A stretch of DNA of 64,000 bases from Tubulanus polymorphus (lineage: Eukaryota; Animalia; Nemertea), in NCBI RefSeq assembly GCF_964204645.1, contig NC_134026.1, positions 11,927,950-11,991,949 of the forward strand, in the 5' to 3' direction. The translations under genes were made by a program, and so were the position numbers. The notes below the pieces were generated by a model. That model searched no databases and was not told the origin of the DNA. It saw nothing but the letters and a program-made list of their open reading frames with translations. Below are positions 24,478 to 38,030 of this stretch, piece after piece; the first letter of the stretch is position 1, and the number at the start of each line of letters is the position of its first letter.

Positions 24478-26005
24478 CTCCTTATTATTTCTTTGGCGAT
24501 ACCATTGGTGCACGATCCCACACGTTTCTTGCTCCAGCCCTAGAATGCTCAATATTCGTCATGAACCCCGATTTGAATTTAAATTCAAAATACTCCTAAA
24601 ACACGCCTGTTAACTAGATTACTCTAAAACACCTTTATGTGCAAGAATCAGTGAAATTGGCGCTTTATCAGTTGTATTCATCATTCGTACCCACGAATCT
24701 CGTATCGTTTCCTATTAATGTGGAGACCCATCCTCGTAAAGAGAATGAATAGGCTCTGTTGCGTTCATATCATTTGATATGAGGCTACGTGTTATCTTCA
24801 ATTGAAATCACGTTGTTTTTTTAAAGGGTGGGCGAGAATATATTCTTATGTTTTTGTTTCTCTGAATGTTGCTATTTAAGAGTTCAATAATTTCAGTCTA
24901 CCAAACAAAGGATTTTCCGTATGTTTCGTGACATGTTTTTCCATAACCCTAGGAGAGCATTTTAGGTATTTTTGGCGGATGACCGAAAGCTGCTGTCCCT
25001 TTCTAGTAATTTGATGATATCCGTCGAAATCTAAATTCTAAAAAGGAATCAGGCATATCTTCTTGTTTGACTAAATATGAACTCAACAACAAGTGACACT
25101 CCCTTCAAAGGCGCCGAAGTAAAATCATGTGTCGAGTGGAGATGATATTGTGTCAGAATTTCTTCAAAATCGGAGAAAATTGAATATTTTGAAAATAATC
25201 ATTTTACATGTATGTTTAAATCCGTTATAACTGGAGCAATTTTCATGAAAAAATATCTATGGAATCAGCGAAATGTAATTAAGAAGAATACTATGTTTAA
25301 AAAGTTATCAAAAAGTTTTCTGAATTCGTCAACTGTTAAACTAGTAACAACCAGATGTGTTCCCATTAAACCACCGACCGCGAGCCGAGTCGATGTGAGA
25401 TGTGCCCTACACTGAAAATCTCAAGTGCTATACAACCGGTTTTTTAGGTGCCTCTGAATGTCGGCCGTTAAAAAACTGAACAATTCCCATTTGGAAAGGG
25501 CCTAGGTAGTTAGAGAAAATTCAAGATGTATATATCGTGTGATACAGGCTCCATATTTCATGTGCGTTTGGAATTTAACCTTGTTTATAACGAAACACGC
25601 ATGTATTTATGCTATTTTAGATTTAAAAAGAGCGCACGAAAGTGTTTCATGAGACCCGCAAATAACGTCAAGTTATTCATGCATTTTTGATTTATATGAA
25701 TAAATTTCGCTTCGAAATCTTTAAATTTCTCAGGTGGATTATTCAATAAATTCACAACAGTCCATTATAGATTAGTTTGACGCCAATCGTTCTTTTAAAG
25801 ATCTTTCTTTCTCGAAGAAAGATTTTCTTAAAAACTTTCATTATGGCGAATCTTTTATGTGTCCGATAGTTAAACCTTCGGGTATTATACTAGAACACAA
25901 ATTTTTAAAGATTCATAACATACTGAAGGATATCACAGTTTATACCCGAAGATATGCAGTTGGATAGATCTTTTTGTTTCGACTCGCATGCGACAGTAAA
26001 AACGG

Positions 26006-26768
26006 CGGTACTCGAAAAACGCCTAATGAAATACACCATAACGCCTAATTCCTAGAAAATGACCTAATTTCGTAATTGGACCATCTACTGAGACTCACAA
26101 TCCAACTCATCAACGGAACAGTTTGAAAATACATGTGTTTTACGCTTCACGAAACGAGACTACTACTCTTATAAACTTCATTATAGGATGATGATAGAAT
26201 GTCCGCCGTGCAAGCAATCAATTACATAACGCCAGAGAAGTGTAAACTGAAACAGTTTACACTTCTATGATAACGCGAAAACAGACGCCGCGGTTATAAA
26301 CCGGCTTTCTTGAATTTTGAAACCGGAATGCATAAATATGGTACAACCTACGCTCGTAGGTACAACGCACACAAAGACTGATAAAATAGCCTTTCTCAAA
26401 ATTATCCTCCAAAACTGTTCACAACCACGCTAATGTGAACCTACCGAACCAATGAGAGACTAAATAATGTCCAGCCCCTGAACTTCCTTGAACAAAAAAA
26501 AAATAAACTATATGTTCCATAAAATGATGTCATTTATTATCATAATACTCTGTCTTAATATGAAATAATAACACAGATAAGCCTGTGTAACCAAAGACAG
26601 TAGAAACGAAGATGGAACAGGCGGCGCTCCACGCACTCCGACGTGAACTATGTAGCGTTGCGTACATAGTTCACGTAGGGATTTAGGTCAATTTCTTGGA
26701 TGTTACTTGAATTAGGCGTTATGCGTTTTCCGATTCGGTGTTTTTCATTAGGCGTTTTTCGAATACCG
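26006..26768. mobile_element. Mutator-like non-autonomous element
   Basis: TIR CGGTACTCGAAAAACGCCTAATGAAA; 10 bp duplication GTAAAAACGG on both sides. Confidence 0.8.
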
Positions 26769-28520
26769 GTAAAAACGGTACTTGATATAATAAGTGAACT
26801 TCATCATTGATATCTTCACTAATCTACTTGAATTCCAAAAAAGAACTGACAATGAAAAAGGGTTACAGCTGTGACTGATATCACTCCAAATTTCAATTCC
26901 TATGAACACTTTTCATATAAAAAAAAACTATTTAACGAAACAGTTTTTAGAGGCGAAGAATCCGCGTTACCATCGAATTTTCAAAACTTGAAGAAATTTA
27001 ATGCCTCGGTGACCACTGGTCTAGTACGCGGTTTTCTGAAATGGAAGTGGCCAAGTCTAAAGAACAACTATTGTATCACATGATTTCAAATATTAGGAAC
27101 CCAATGCGTTTAATGATTTAATTAATTGGTATCGCGCAGATTGGTTGAAAGACGGGTGTTAGTCACCTTGTGATTTAATTGTTTTTCATGCATCGATTAA
27201 TTAATCTTATTATAACTTATTTGTAGGCGCTTCCCGCAAACATTTTCTATTCGTTGAGTTTTCAAACGCAGTACTGTTCAGATGATTCGAGTCAAGTAGT
27301 AAAAAAGTTTATGTATTAGCATTACTATGCAGTGAAAATAACGCACTGCGGTAAGTGAGGTGATGTGATCCAGATGTGTAACCCATTTATGGGTAATAAA
27401 TTTCCATCATGTCAACGCCATTCAGTAGCAAAACTTTCTGCTGGTTTCTAGAAATAACAATACGACGACAAGCACTTTCGAATTCGACCACGATATTTGA
27501 GAAGTTTCACTTGGGCAGTGGTGGTCAGTGATGGTCAATTTATGAATTTTAATGACGAATCCTTTCTAGTTTCACACCAAATGCGGTACCGGTATATCGT
27601 TCTTTCAAGAAGTTTCAATTGGTCAGTGGTCGTCAGTGATGGTCAATTTATGAATTTTCAATGGCGAATCCTTTCTAGTTTCACACCAAATGCGGTACCG
27701 GTATATCGTTCTTTCAAGAAGTTTCAATTGGTCAGTGGTGGTCAGCGATGGTCAATTTATTAATTTTCAATGGCGAATCCTTTCTAGTTTGACACCATAA
27801 CGCGGTATATCGTTTTCATATTCGAGAAAATTGAATTGGTCATTGGTGGTCAGTGATGGTCAGTGATGAATTTGCAATGATGATTCCTTAGTAGTTTGAA
27901 ATCAAACATTACATGATAAATTTCCGAAATTCGAAGTCAAGTGTTCAGACTCGGGGATATCTCAATTGGTCAGTTACTGACCATCATGGTGGTCTATAGC
28001 TCAAATGAAACATGTGGAACCGACGATGGGGCCCAAAAGCGTTAAGTCATTTCCTGGAGTGACGTGATCCAAAAATGCCCTAACTGGAAAAGGCAGTCTC
28101 TCAATTGGATGAAACCAAATCGGACAGGACAATTAAAATTTGGGAAGGTCACAGGTACTTTCTACGAAGCCCACGCGGTGAGCGTATTATTATGAAATCT
28201 TTTTTTAAACACCATGTACCACGAAGTAATAAGCATCGTTGTAAGCACTTGAAACAGCCATTAACCACTTGAGACTGTCAGATCAAACATCATACCGCAT
28301 CCCGCAAAGAGGGGTGGTTCAGCAAACCGGAGTTTACATTGGCCTCTCTAGACTACCCCGCCAGTACGGGTAGCCGAGCAAACCGGAAAACTCATAATGT
28401 GGTGGAAGCGAGTTCGGGAGTGATACCGAACCCCTGGCAAGCGAGGATGTGCTGTACACCGAACTGTAACTTTTTATTTTCACTACTACCGTAATTGACT
28501 ATGATGTTTTCAAGTGGTCT

Positions 28521-31500
28521 TATGGAAGACCTCGGACGACATACGAGATATGAGATATAACATACGAGATATGAGATGCAACATACGAGATACGACATAT
28601 GACATACGAGATACGACTTATTTACAGTACGGTGTCCGTCCGCTAGCGCCACCGCAGTGTATGTTTTTCAATATTTGCTGCATATAAATCGTTTAACATG
28701 GTGACGCGTACAGTCATCGTCAATTATATGAAAACCAACATAGTCAACATTTAGAAAAACAAATAGATTTCTTTTGGATAATGGACACCTGGACCGGACA
28801 CAACGATATTAGGCCATACTGTGAACACCCTGGACTAATTAGGCGCGCCGGCCGTTCCTCTCCCGCGGGCGACGAAAAGTTTTTCAAATCACAAAACTAA
28901 AAAGATATCAAACTGTTCAAGTTCATAATATTATGCTATTTCTTGTCTTCCTTTGGTCTGAAAACGGCCTGGTGTTCAGGAGCCGGGGTTCCGGTTACTC
29001 AATGCCTGCAGAAAAAATAACTACTGTTCACCGCCGCCGTAACCGCCGGCTTTTCTGCATCAGAAATCAAAATTCTAAAAAAAAGTCCGCAGCCGGAAAT
29101 CCCGGCCCCCTTGTACCCCTCCTCCGCTGTTTGACACCCCTGCCTGAGTTCTTGAATCTCAAACAACCCGGGAACCCGTACATCGCCCTGGTATCCAGAT
29201 TAAGAACTCCCGTGCTCTCTCTCAAGGTTTGAAATCCCCAGCTAAATTCCATCCCTATCGAGCTACCGGGGCTGACTGGTGAGTCCACTAGACCAGCCGT
29301 TGAGAGTCGAGACTGGCCAGTTTTCGCTAACCGTCAGGGCAGTATCGGCACTGTCTTTCTGAAGCCATAGTCTGGGGTCCTCCCCTGAAAATTTGTTCAA
29401 TTTAGGTACTTGAGTATTCTGAGGGCTTTTTGGCTATCTTTTTTTTCTGACATCTTTCATGAAAAGGGCCAATGGCTGAATCTGAATAACTTTCATAATC
29501 GGAGAATCCAATTTAAGATCATTCTTATCAATTATCATGGCCAGTTTTAAAACTGTTTATTGACAAAAGTACAGGAACCACCTAAATAAGTCTTCAGCAA
29601 AACACAAGAGCTCTTACATTTGTAAAGATAAGAGATCCATGGAAATATCAAGTAACATTTCTTTAGACAGGGGAATTAGCGGAACACCGGAACGTTGCTC
29701 GTATGGTGCGTTTGCACCCGTCGCAAAAAACGTCGTGATAAACGAAATCAGCTGGACTAGGGCCAGGAGCTGAGAGTGATACAATGGAACTCCATTCTGA
29801 TATTTAATGAATAATTCATTCAATAAATTTATGTTATCTTTAGTATTTTTAATTCATGTCCATGTTTCAATTCATTCGTTGAAATCATAGTACACTAAAC
29901 AGATTCCGCGTGTGTCGGACTTTTTTTAAAACTCTTTGGTCATCGGCATTCGTAATATACATACATCTTTCACTCTTCATCGAAAACCCTCGATCGAACG
30001 CGATTTTTGGTGGATTAAGGGGCTGTAGCCCCGTATTTGGAGCCAACTCGAATCACCGGACCATCGGTGTCTCACACTAAGAGTGGCCCACTGACGTCTC
30101 ACCGCGAGAAGCCGGTCCCCGGGAGTGGTAGATCGAATATTTTTAAATATTTTTCGTTTCAAATGAAACGTTTTTCGCATATTGATATTCATAGTTAATG
30201 TATACGCCACTGCCTGCGCACGTGTCGTGGTATGCGCCGCAACGCCGAGAGGAGGCCTTTTTATGCGAACCAGCAAAATCGAAATAGATTAGCTATTTAG
30301 ATTATATAGCCGATTAGTGCAATAAGCATAACCGGGTATGTTGGTTGATAAAAACGCCAGGTAGAAATTATTCAATTATGGCCTACTCAGCAGCGACTTC
30401 TACCGAGAACACCATATCGGTTGGATTAGATAATCGGCATACTTGCTCGCCGAGCGAGTATGCTGAGTATGCTAATCGATTATGATAACCAATGTTCATA
30501 AAAATGACGGATTATGACATAATCCATGCTCATGAAAACGTTTTGCATACTCGAATATACTAAACGAGTGTTCATAAAAAAGGCCTCTAAGTTGAAAAAT
30601 ATACACTGCGGTGGCGCTAGCGGACGAACTTGAACTTGAACTTATATTTATTGCGCCGTATATAACATTTATACATAGGATAAGACATGCAATAAATTTA
30701 CAGGACAAAACATTAAAGAATGACATTAAATAGAGAATACATAATACATAGTAGCATTAAAAAAAAAAAAAAAAAACTTATACAAGAAATAATTAGAAAA
30801 GCGCCCTCAGTCGCAAAGCTGAGGAATTACTATGAAATGGAATCGAGTCTTAGCTTAACCAGTTTATTGACCAAATCGCATACAATTGTGGAAATTTCGG
30901 GATCGTTGTTATTGTAAGACATTAGAAAGGCGAATTTATCAAAGTGAGACATGGTCCTGAAATCGGTAAAAGTGTCCAAATACGTGAAAATATCAGACCT
31001 GGCACTGTCGGAGTATGAACAGTCGATCAGAAAATGCAGTTCATCGTCAACAGATTGATCTGAGCAAAATTGACAGATCCTATCGGTAACCGGTATTGGA
31101 GGTTTGTGATGTCGTCCAGTTTCAATACGGAGATGATGGGACCCGAGGCGTAATTTGGAGAATTCGCGTCGATTTGTGAAGTTGTTGGCAACAATATAAT
31201 TTTCTATAATGAAGCGTGATTTAAATAGTTTGTAGGATCGGAGTTTTGGGTTTTTGTTTGAGTCGTTAATTTCTTTGAGCCAAATGGAAGAATAAAGAGC
31301 TTTTATTTTAGACTGCAGTAGATTAATTATCTTTTTGGGATGGTTTGACCCTTGATTGCACCAAACACCTGAGAGGTCGAGGCATTCCAGAAGTGAGTGG
31401 AGACTTGTGCACCAGTTCTGGGTTGAGTGCATGGACGTTAGGTTTTCAAGATATGCTTTATATCAAAAATTCATAGTCTTTATGAATTTTTGTTTATATA

Positions 31501-32242
31501 CCATAGTCGAACTGTCTATTTTACAGATGCGCAGCCAGTAATTGACCATGAGTGGCAAGAAGGTTACAAGTAGAGGGAACTGTCCCAGATCACCACGAAC
31601 AGCAGCATTAACGGAGCGTTTCTTTACCCCGAGTAGATATTTGCCAAATTTGATGAACAATTTTTCGCAGGGTAGAGAGTTACAGATATCGTAAAAGTTA
31701 GATGGGTCTAATTTAGTGATATAGGCGGAGCCCCATATCTCACAACAGTACCCAATGATGGGGCGTATGAGGCTATTGAAAAGGCTGTAGGCTGTGGTTA
31801 GATTGTTTCTGATGTCTATGGTTTTCAATTTAAACAGGGCTTTCGAAGCATTATCACAGAGAGTTTCGCAGGCATTCTAATTTAGTGATATAGGCGGAGC
31901 CCCATATCTCACAACAGTACCCAATGATGGGGCGTATGAGGCTATTGAAAAGGCTGTAGGCTGTGGTTAGATTGTTTCTGATGTCTATGGTTTTCAATTT
32001 AAACAGGGCTTTCGAAGCATTATCACAGAGAGTTTCGCAGGCATTGTTGAATTTGCCAGAGGGGCAGAATGTAATGCCAAGGTAGCTATAGCTTTTAACG
32101 ATTTCTATATTAGCGCCAGCGGACGGACACCCGTACTGTAAATAAGTCGTATCTCGGATGTCATATGTCGTATCTCGTATGTTGCATCTCATATCTCGTA
32201 TGTTATATCTCATATCTCGTATGTCGTCTGAGGTCTTCCATA
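28521..32242. mobile_element. Non-autonomous TIR element (~150 bp TIRs with CATACGAGAT subrepeats), right TIR split by a LINE
   Basis: TATGGAAGACCTC.../...GAGGTCTTCCATA; CT duplicated relative to the empty site GGTCTTAAGT at ~57311. Confidence 0.8.
30627..32112 (-). mobile_element. 5'-truncated RTEX/CR1-like LINE with an internal ~169 bp tandem duplication
   Basis: SYLGI, RPIIGYCCEIWG, CQFC..DDELHFLIDC; (TTCAAG)n tail; ~13 bp duplication GCGCYAGCGGACG. Confidence 0.85.
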
Positions 32243-32609
32243 CTTAAGTACCGCTAATAGCCGAAAGTCGTTGATTTATGTGAAATTTACACACAGCGCC
32301 ACCCGTTGGTAGTAAAAGTCACCCGAGCTATACGGGTGTTAAATAGATACGCTAGCAAACCGGCATTCTCATAATGAAACCCGCCGTCTGCCCGGGGAGG
32401 TCTTGCCGACCGGCGGGTGCCGCATGTTAACGGAACACAGAAATCTATTGTTGATTTTAATGCAAAATTGAAAAATGGTGGCATTGGGCGGATAGCCGAA
32501 ATATATAAAAGATTGTCGTGAATAGGCTACAGTCAGACCGAGGTCGAATGCCAAACTAGCGTAGGAAAAAAAAAACATTTGAATACGAAGACGGTTCCTC
32601 TCGGTACAT

Positions 32610-32662
32610 AGCAAGCCGGAAGTGAACAGCCTTTCGCATCAAACTGGTCGAAGTGAAGTTAA
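32610..32662 (+). promoter_or_regulatory. RPL26: Candidate RPL26 promoter and non-coding exon 1
   Basis: ETS site CCGGAAGT, pyrimidine initiator GCCTTTC, then AAG/GTGTGT donor; typical ribosomal-protein gene layout (inference). Confidence 0.5.
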
Positions 32663-33024
32663 GGTGTGTGATTTTAACGAATTTAATCCGCTAACATCGC
32701 GTCGAGGATAACAATTTCAATGTATTTTATGATGGGCCTTAATTTGTTGTATTTTGATTTATCCATTTTGAAGGCTAAACCCTTTCTACATGTACACCTA
32801 AAAGTGCGAAATGTGTGATAAGATACGATAGATTATTTCAACCGATTGGTCATATCGGCTTTCCTCGCTAGGTATTTGTTGCTGGTTTTCCTTGATATCT
32901 GTGAATTCACATACTGTCCATTTGCTAATCGATGGGACCGGATTTCCCTGATATTTTTGCCGAATTTTTGGGGCATCACTAATTTTGCTTTAACCACGTC
33001 CCTCAAAAACGCTGACAACTGAGT

Positions 33025-33646
33025 AGGCCTAGCCGTTAAAAGTGCAGATCCGCACTTCTCGTAAATGGTTCAATAAATTACATTAAATAACACTGTTTCA
33101 GTACAGTGGTTTATTTGATGATATCTTCACTTGTAAGTAGATTTTTAGACTGGATTTTGTCTCGAGATCGTCACGATTTTTTGGACCAAACACCATATTG
33201 GACGGGTAAATCTGAAGTGAAGATTTGTTTAGAATATTTGCTGAAACAATATTTCATGAAAAACTCAATTTGAGGAAGAAAAATAGAAATTTCTTATTAA
33301 TTTCAACGAACATATTAGACAATTTGGCTAGAATTAATAACCCCAGTGACAGTTGACAAAAAAGTGATAAGTTTTATGCACTGATTAACCTCACATCGTT
33401 TCAGCAAATACTTTAGACAAATCTTCACTTTAGATTTACCAATCCAATATGGCGTCCTTTTGACAAATCATCCCGATTCCGAGTTAAAAACCTCGCCAAA
33501 AATCTACTTTCTAGTGAAGATATCATAATACAAATCACTGCATTGGATTCCGTGAGACATTCAGAAGCTAGAACAGTGATTTATAATTCAGTATATTGTG
33601 TCCATCGCGAGAGGTATGGATCTGCACTTATACCGGCCTAGCCCTA
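33025..33646. mobile_element. Foldback MITE
   Basis: Long imperfect inverted arms (AAGTGCAGATCC/GGATCTGCACTT; TTTGCTGAAAC/GTTTCAGCAAA). Confidence 0.7.
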
Positions 33647-34233
33647 TCCACTGCACTTGCTGATGGGCTTGGGATACACTTCTGGGGGTTATTGATATTG
33701 TCTCTTTGTTTTGAGTGGTTTATTAAAAATAGAAAACCATAGCAAAAATGTTCTAAAGTTGAAGATGTGCTGTGTGTCAATTTCCGACTTCAAGAATCCT
33801 GCGTTGAGACAGATTTTGATAGGAAAATCGATTGAAAAAATCTGGACCTTGGAATTTCAGCCAACTTTGTTGATTTTCGACTTTGAGCTGTCAGACTTAT
33901 GTCAGTCCACTGCCTTCGATATGAAGTATTCTAATTATTGGGAACAATATGAAGACAGTTCCATGTTGACTGCATAAGCCACGTCAAAACTTACCACTTA
34001 TGCCCGGGTTACGCGTCTACACCATCGGTGAAACACAGGTTCCATTAGGAACCGGGTTGTTAGAAACCCTTCTTGAAAAAGAAGGGTACACTTGCATTTA
34101 ACCCGTGTATGTGTTAAACTCTGTGTAGACGGTAAACCTGAATTCGATGCAGTGTTTGGGAGTCACAATTGAACTTGGACAGCAGAATGTTGATTCGTGC
34201 TAACGAAGTTGAGTCACGTGAAGACGCTACTCA

Positions 34234-34700
34234 GGGAGCGTCCAGAAATTACGTACCTCATAATCTCCAGTTTTTCTGACCCCCTCCCCCTTGTACCACC
34301 TTTGTACCTAATTAAATTCACTGACCCCCTCATAGGTACGTACCATGTTACCCATGACCCCCCAATTATATTGATGCAAAGAACACAATTCAAAATATTA
34401 AGAATATAAATACCTGATTCCAACAAGTGGGTGAAAGATCGATACGGGTGCCTGGTATGGAGAATTCCCAGTTGAAGTCTACTATAAGTCACTTGAACAA
34501 GTCACTGAAAGCCGATAAAACACCAGTATCGGCTATTTTCATTTGAGTTTGGGTGCATAAAGTACGCACCAAGATTGATTAACACCCCCTCCCTCAAAGT
34601 ACGTACCTTTTTGCCTGACCCCTCCCCCCATGTACCACTGTGTACCAAAATTCAGTAACCCCCTCCCCCAATCAGAGGGACGTAATTTTTGGATGCTCCC
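34234..34700. mobile_element. PIF/Harbinger-type MITE
   Basis: TIR GGGAGCGTCCAGAAATTACGT; TCA duplication. Confidence 0.75.
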
Positions 34701-35133
34701 TCACTGCGTTTTCGTCAAAACCTAGTCCCATTAAGCCAGTGTAGATGTGTTAACATTACTACATATAACTGCTGCGTCGATAGCGATACACTGTGTACAC
34801 AAGTCAAGCTCTTTCAATACAGTGTATGAAGCGCCGCTTTTTTTTTTGGTTTCATGACTGACATATCTGCCTGTTTTGATATAAGCTGATTTTCAATCGT
34901 ACTGAAAATAAGAATACTTGGGCCTAAATGTTGGCTGGCAATAAATAGTACTGTTTTCCGAAGAATGTTTCAATCCTAACTTCCCTTACTCCATCTTGAT
35001 CTGACTCATGCGCAGTGTACTGTAGTTGGTAATTAAGTATCCAAAATATCCTAAGATATACTAGGCCTTAAAAGGGTCTTTTGTTAGTACGATTGAGTCT
35101 TTTTTGCAGGGTTTTGTAGAATGAGTGAGAATG

Positions 35134-35768
35134 CAGTGTTCTCCATAATGGGATTTTGAGGGGCGAGCCGCCCCTTGAAAATCTGCCCTATTATTTTTTG
35201 CCGCCCTTCTATAAAAGTCAAGCGCCCCTTCAAAAAAATTGATCTACTTTGTCCCAATAAGCTGAAACACTACTGAGGTACGTCAATAATTGTATAAATA
35301 GAGTGAGTCAGACAAACCTTCACACCAAATAAACTAATTACATACATCAATAAATGTAGAAACGGCTCACCACGAAGCTACGTGGTGGCGCTCAGGTATG
35401 CCTATAAATACCCTGGGATTTCCTGGCATGCTAAAAATTTTAAAAAAATCAATGCGTGCGAAGGTCCCGACACTGCAGCCTCAGCCGCTGAATTAACGAA
35501 ATCAGCGGCCTCAACTTGTCAGGTTTCAATGCCCGTAGATAAACTTTTTTTATGATAAGCAAAAATTTTTTCCAAAATTAGGAACAAAAAGCTAGTTGAT
35601 TATGATCCCAAATGCTGTGAAAATGCATCTGAGCAACTGCAAATAGAAAATTTTTCTGGGAGAGGAAATTTTTCCCAGACCCCCTTATCCTGATAAATGC
35701 TCGTGCCTTCCGCACTCGTTCTCCTGTACATACCGCCCCAGAGAATATTGTTGCAATGGAGAACACTG
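35134..35768. mobile_element. hAT-like MITE
   Basis: TIR CAGTGTTCTCCA/TGGAGAACACTG; no clear TSD. Confidence 0.55.
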
Positions 35769-35828
35769 AGATAGGTATTTCATAATATAATTTGTTCATT
35801 TTTTATTTTGTTCACTACAGGCCTCACC

Positions 35829-35996
35829 ATGAAGTTCAACAAGATGGTTTCTTCTTCACGAAGGAAAAATAGAAAACGTCACTTCAATGCTCCATCGCAT
35901 GTACGACGAAAGATCATGAGTTCTCCTTTGTCGAAGGAACTGAGACAAAAATACAATGTCAGGAGCATCCCGATCAGGAAGGATGATGAAGTGCAG
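35829..35996 (+). CDS. RPL26: 60S ribosomal protein L26 (uL24), coding exon 1
   Basis: [24 protein letters not shown]...RKDDEVQ; AG acceptor at 35820, GT donor at 35997. Confidence 0.97.
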
Positions 35997-36513
35997 GTAT
36001 ATCTCCTGGTGTGCCAATCACTGTTCCTACAAAATATATATTTAACAGTTTGTTGCTTATTACTTCGTTTCGATGTCCTTCGACCGAAAGTTATATTTGG
36101 GCTTCTGAAATACATTTGACAGGGAATAAAGGGCTGCCAGAGTTCCATGCTGTTTTGCCCATGATGTTGTGGTCTCTGGGATCGATGTAAATTTGATCTA
36201 ATAATATTGGGGGGATGGGTGAGCTTAATAGACTGGTTGCGTGTCGAATTCTGAACCTATGGTTGCCTGTTAATGCTATGATGAATTACTCAACTGCATG
36301 GCTCCTTTCTGCAAGTAAACCACCTCATCATTAGGGCCCCTCGAAAATACCCTTTTGTTTTTTTTATGAAACGAAAAGGAATAACTGCAATTTACGATCA
36401 AACTTTTACTGTTCATTATGACAGCCTGGTTATGATATAATGTACATTGCATTACAGAGTGATTATGACATATTGTGGTATACAAATTGTTGCATTCTAC
36501 ATTTATTTCATAG

Positions 36514-36654
36514 GTTGTCCGTGGGCATTTCAAGGGTCAACAAGTTGGTAAAGTTGTTCAGGTTTATCGTAAAAAGTTTGTCATTTACATTGAAAGAATT
36601 CATCGTGACAAAGCCAATGGCGCCACTGTTAATGTAGGCATCCATCCTTCAAAG
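36514..36654 (+). CDS. RPL26: RPL26 coding exon 2
   Basis: [47 protein letters not shown]; canonical splice sites. Confidence 0.97.
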
Positions 36655-36986
36655 GTAAGAAATAGTTGACATTATGGTCGAAGTTTTGCTGAAATGCACA
36701 ACCTGTACCAATTGCTCATTCGTCTGTGTGAAGTGTAAGCCTTCTACCTACTACATTCGTGTAAACAAGATGAAAATGAATTGTGTTTTCAATGATACGG
36801 GGCTTCGACTTTTACCATATTCAGATTAGTTGCTCAGACCTGCCAACCATTCTGTTTATCCCCGGAATGGTTACGTAAATTCAAGTGGAATTAGTCTTAC
36901 TTTTTTCCAGAAATGTTACCTATTTCATTAAGATTCAAAATCCGGGAAATTTTTTACCCTAACGTTTGAATAAATTTCATTTATTA

Positions 36987-37596
36987 GGCCAAAAAAAAAG
37001 ATGTCTTGTTTCTCATGATTTTGAAATCCCACCCGCATCGGAAAAATCGGCAAATTAGCGATAAAAATAAAGTCCGCCCCCCCGCATCATAGCTCGAAAA
37101 TAAATGTGTTTTTTATAAAAATTAAAGTCCGACCGCATTGATATAATACGCATATCGTCATCTTTTTATCATTTTATTTCTCTATGAACGTATCGAGAAA
37201 AGTTGATCATATAAATATCATCGGCACCACACTGGTGACTCGAACTCATATCAATGGAGTCGGTTACCGTAGGCCTAAATGTCAAATGCCAAGGTCGCTG
37301 TGGAGCTTGATTTCTGGCGTGATTCTTATTTCGAAGCGATTTCTCTTGGTAAAATGTGGTGCTCCGGTTAAATAGAAATAAAAAACTACCTCCCGCATCT
37401 GAAGAAAATATGTCAGAGGGATATTTTTATTGATATAATAGAAATAAAAAGACACCTCCCGCATCTCCAAAAAAAATTCAAACAGTTCTTTTAATTTCTA
37501 CTTTTTTTTAAAAAGTACATAAAAATAAAAACCGCCCGCCCTCGTCATGGTAAAAAACAAAAGTGTGATGAGAAACGAGGCATCTTTTTTTTGGCT
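36987..37596. mobile_element. Harbinger-type MITE
   Basis: TIR GGCCAAAAAAAAGATGTCTTGTTTCTCAT; TTA flanks. Confidence 0.7.
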
Positions 37597-38030
37597 TTAC
37601 ACTAACAAAAGTTGCCATATTGTTCATTCACTTGCTTCTGCGGTAAATCACGCCAGAATAAATTTTTAACTATCTGTGGTGGACCACTGACTGCTTTGTG
37701 ACCCGCAATTGTGAAGTTTCGTCAGCTACCACCGTCTGTTTAAGCCAAAGTGGCACCTGGTGTGGATAATTCTGTCATATCTGAGGCAGAGTTTTCTTCA
37801 GATCCATCATCTCAATCTTAGCCTAGTGACACACACAAAATTCTGAGCTTGAGACTGAACGTACAGAAGTGGGTCCCGCCAAAAAAATATTTGATTTTGA
37901 TAGATGAAATTTTGATTTTTGTGTATATACCGTCTCATAGTCTGGATAGCAACGAAATGCTTGATTAACGTAATTGTTAATTCAGAATGAGATAAATATA
38001 GATTCCTTTTTATTCATAGCTAATAAAACG

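Larger units (their letters stand above)
21668..28402. repeat. Right arm of large inverted repeat (with private insertions)
   Basis: Reverse complement of 10816-16840. Confidence 0.9.

Noticed and set aside
35808-36119. 103 aa ORF as an intronless RPL26 variant
   Set aside because: It is read-through of a coding exon into the intron; proper downstream exons exist.
36155-36300. Intronic C/D snoRNA in RPL26 (ATGATG...CTGA)
   Set aside because: The boxes are imperfect, and I could not identify a terminal stem or rRNA guide.
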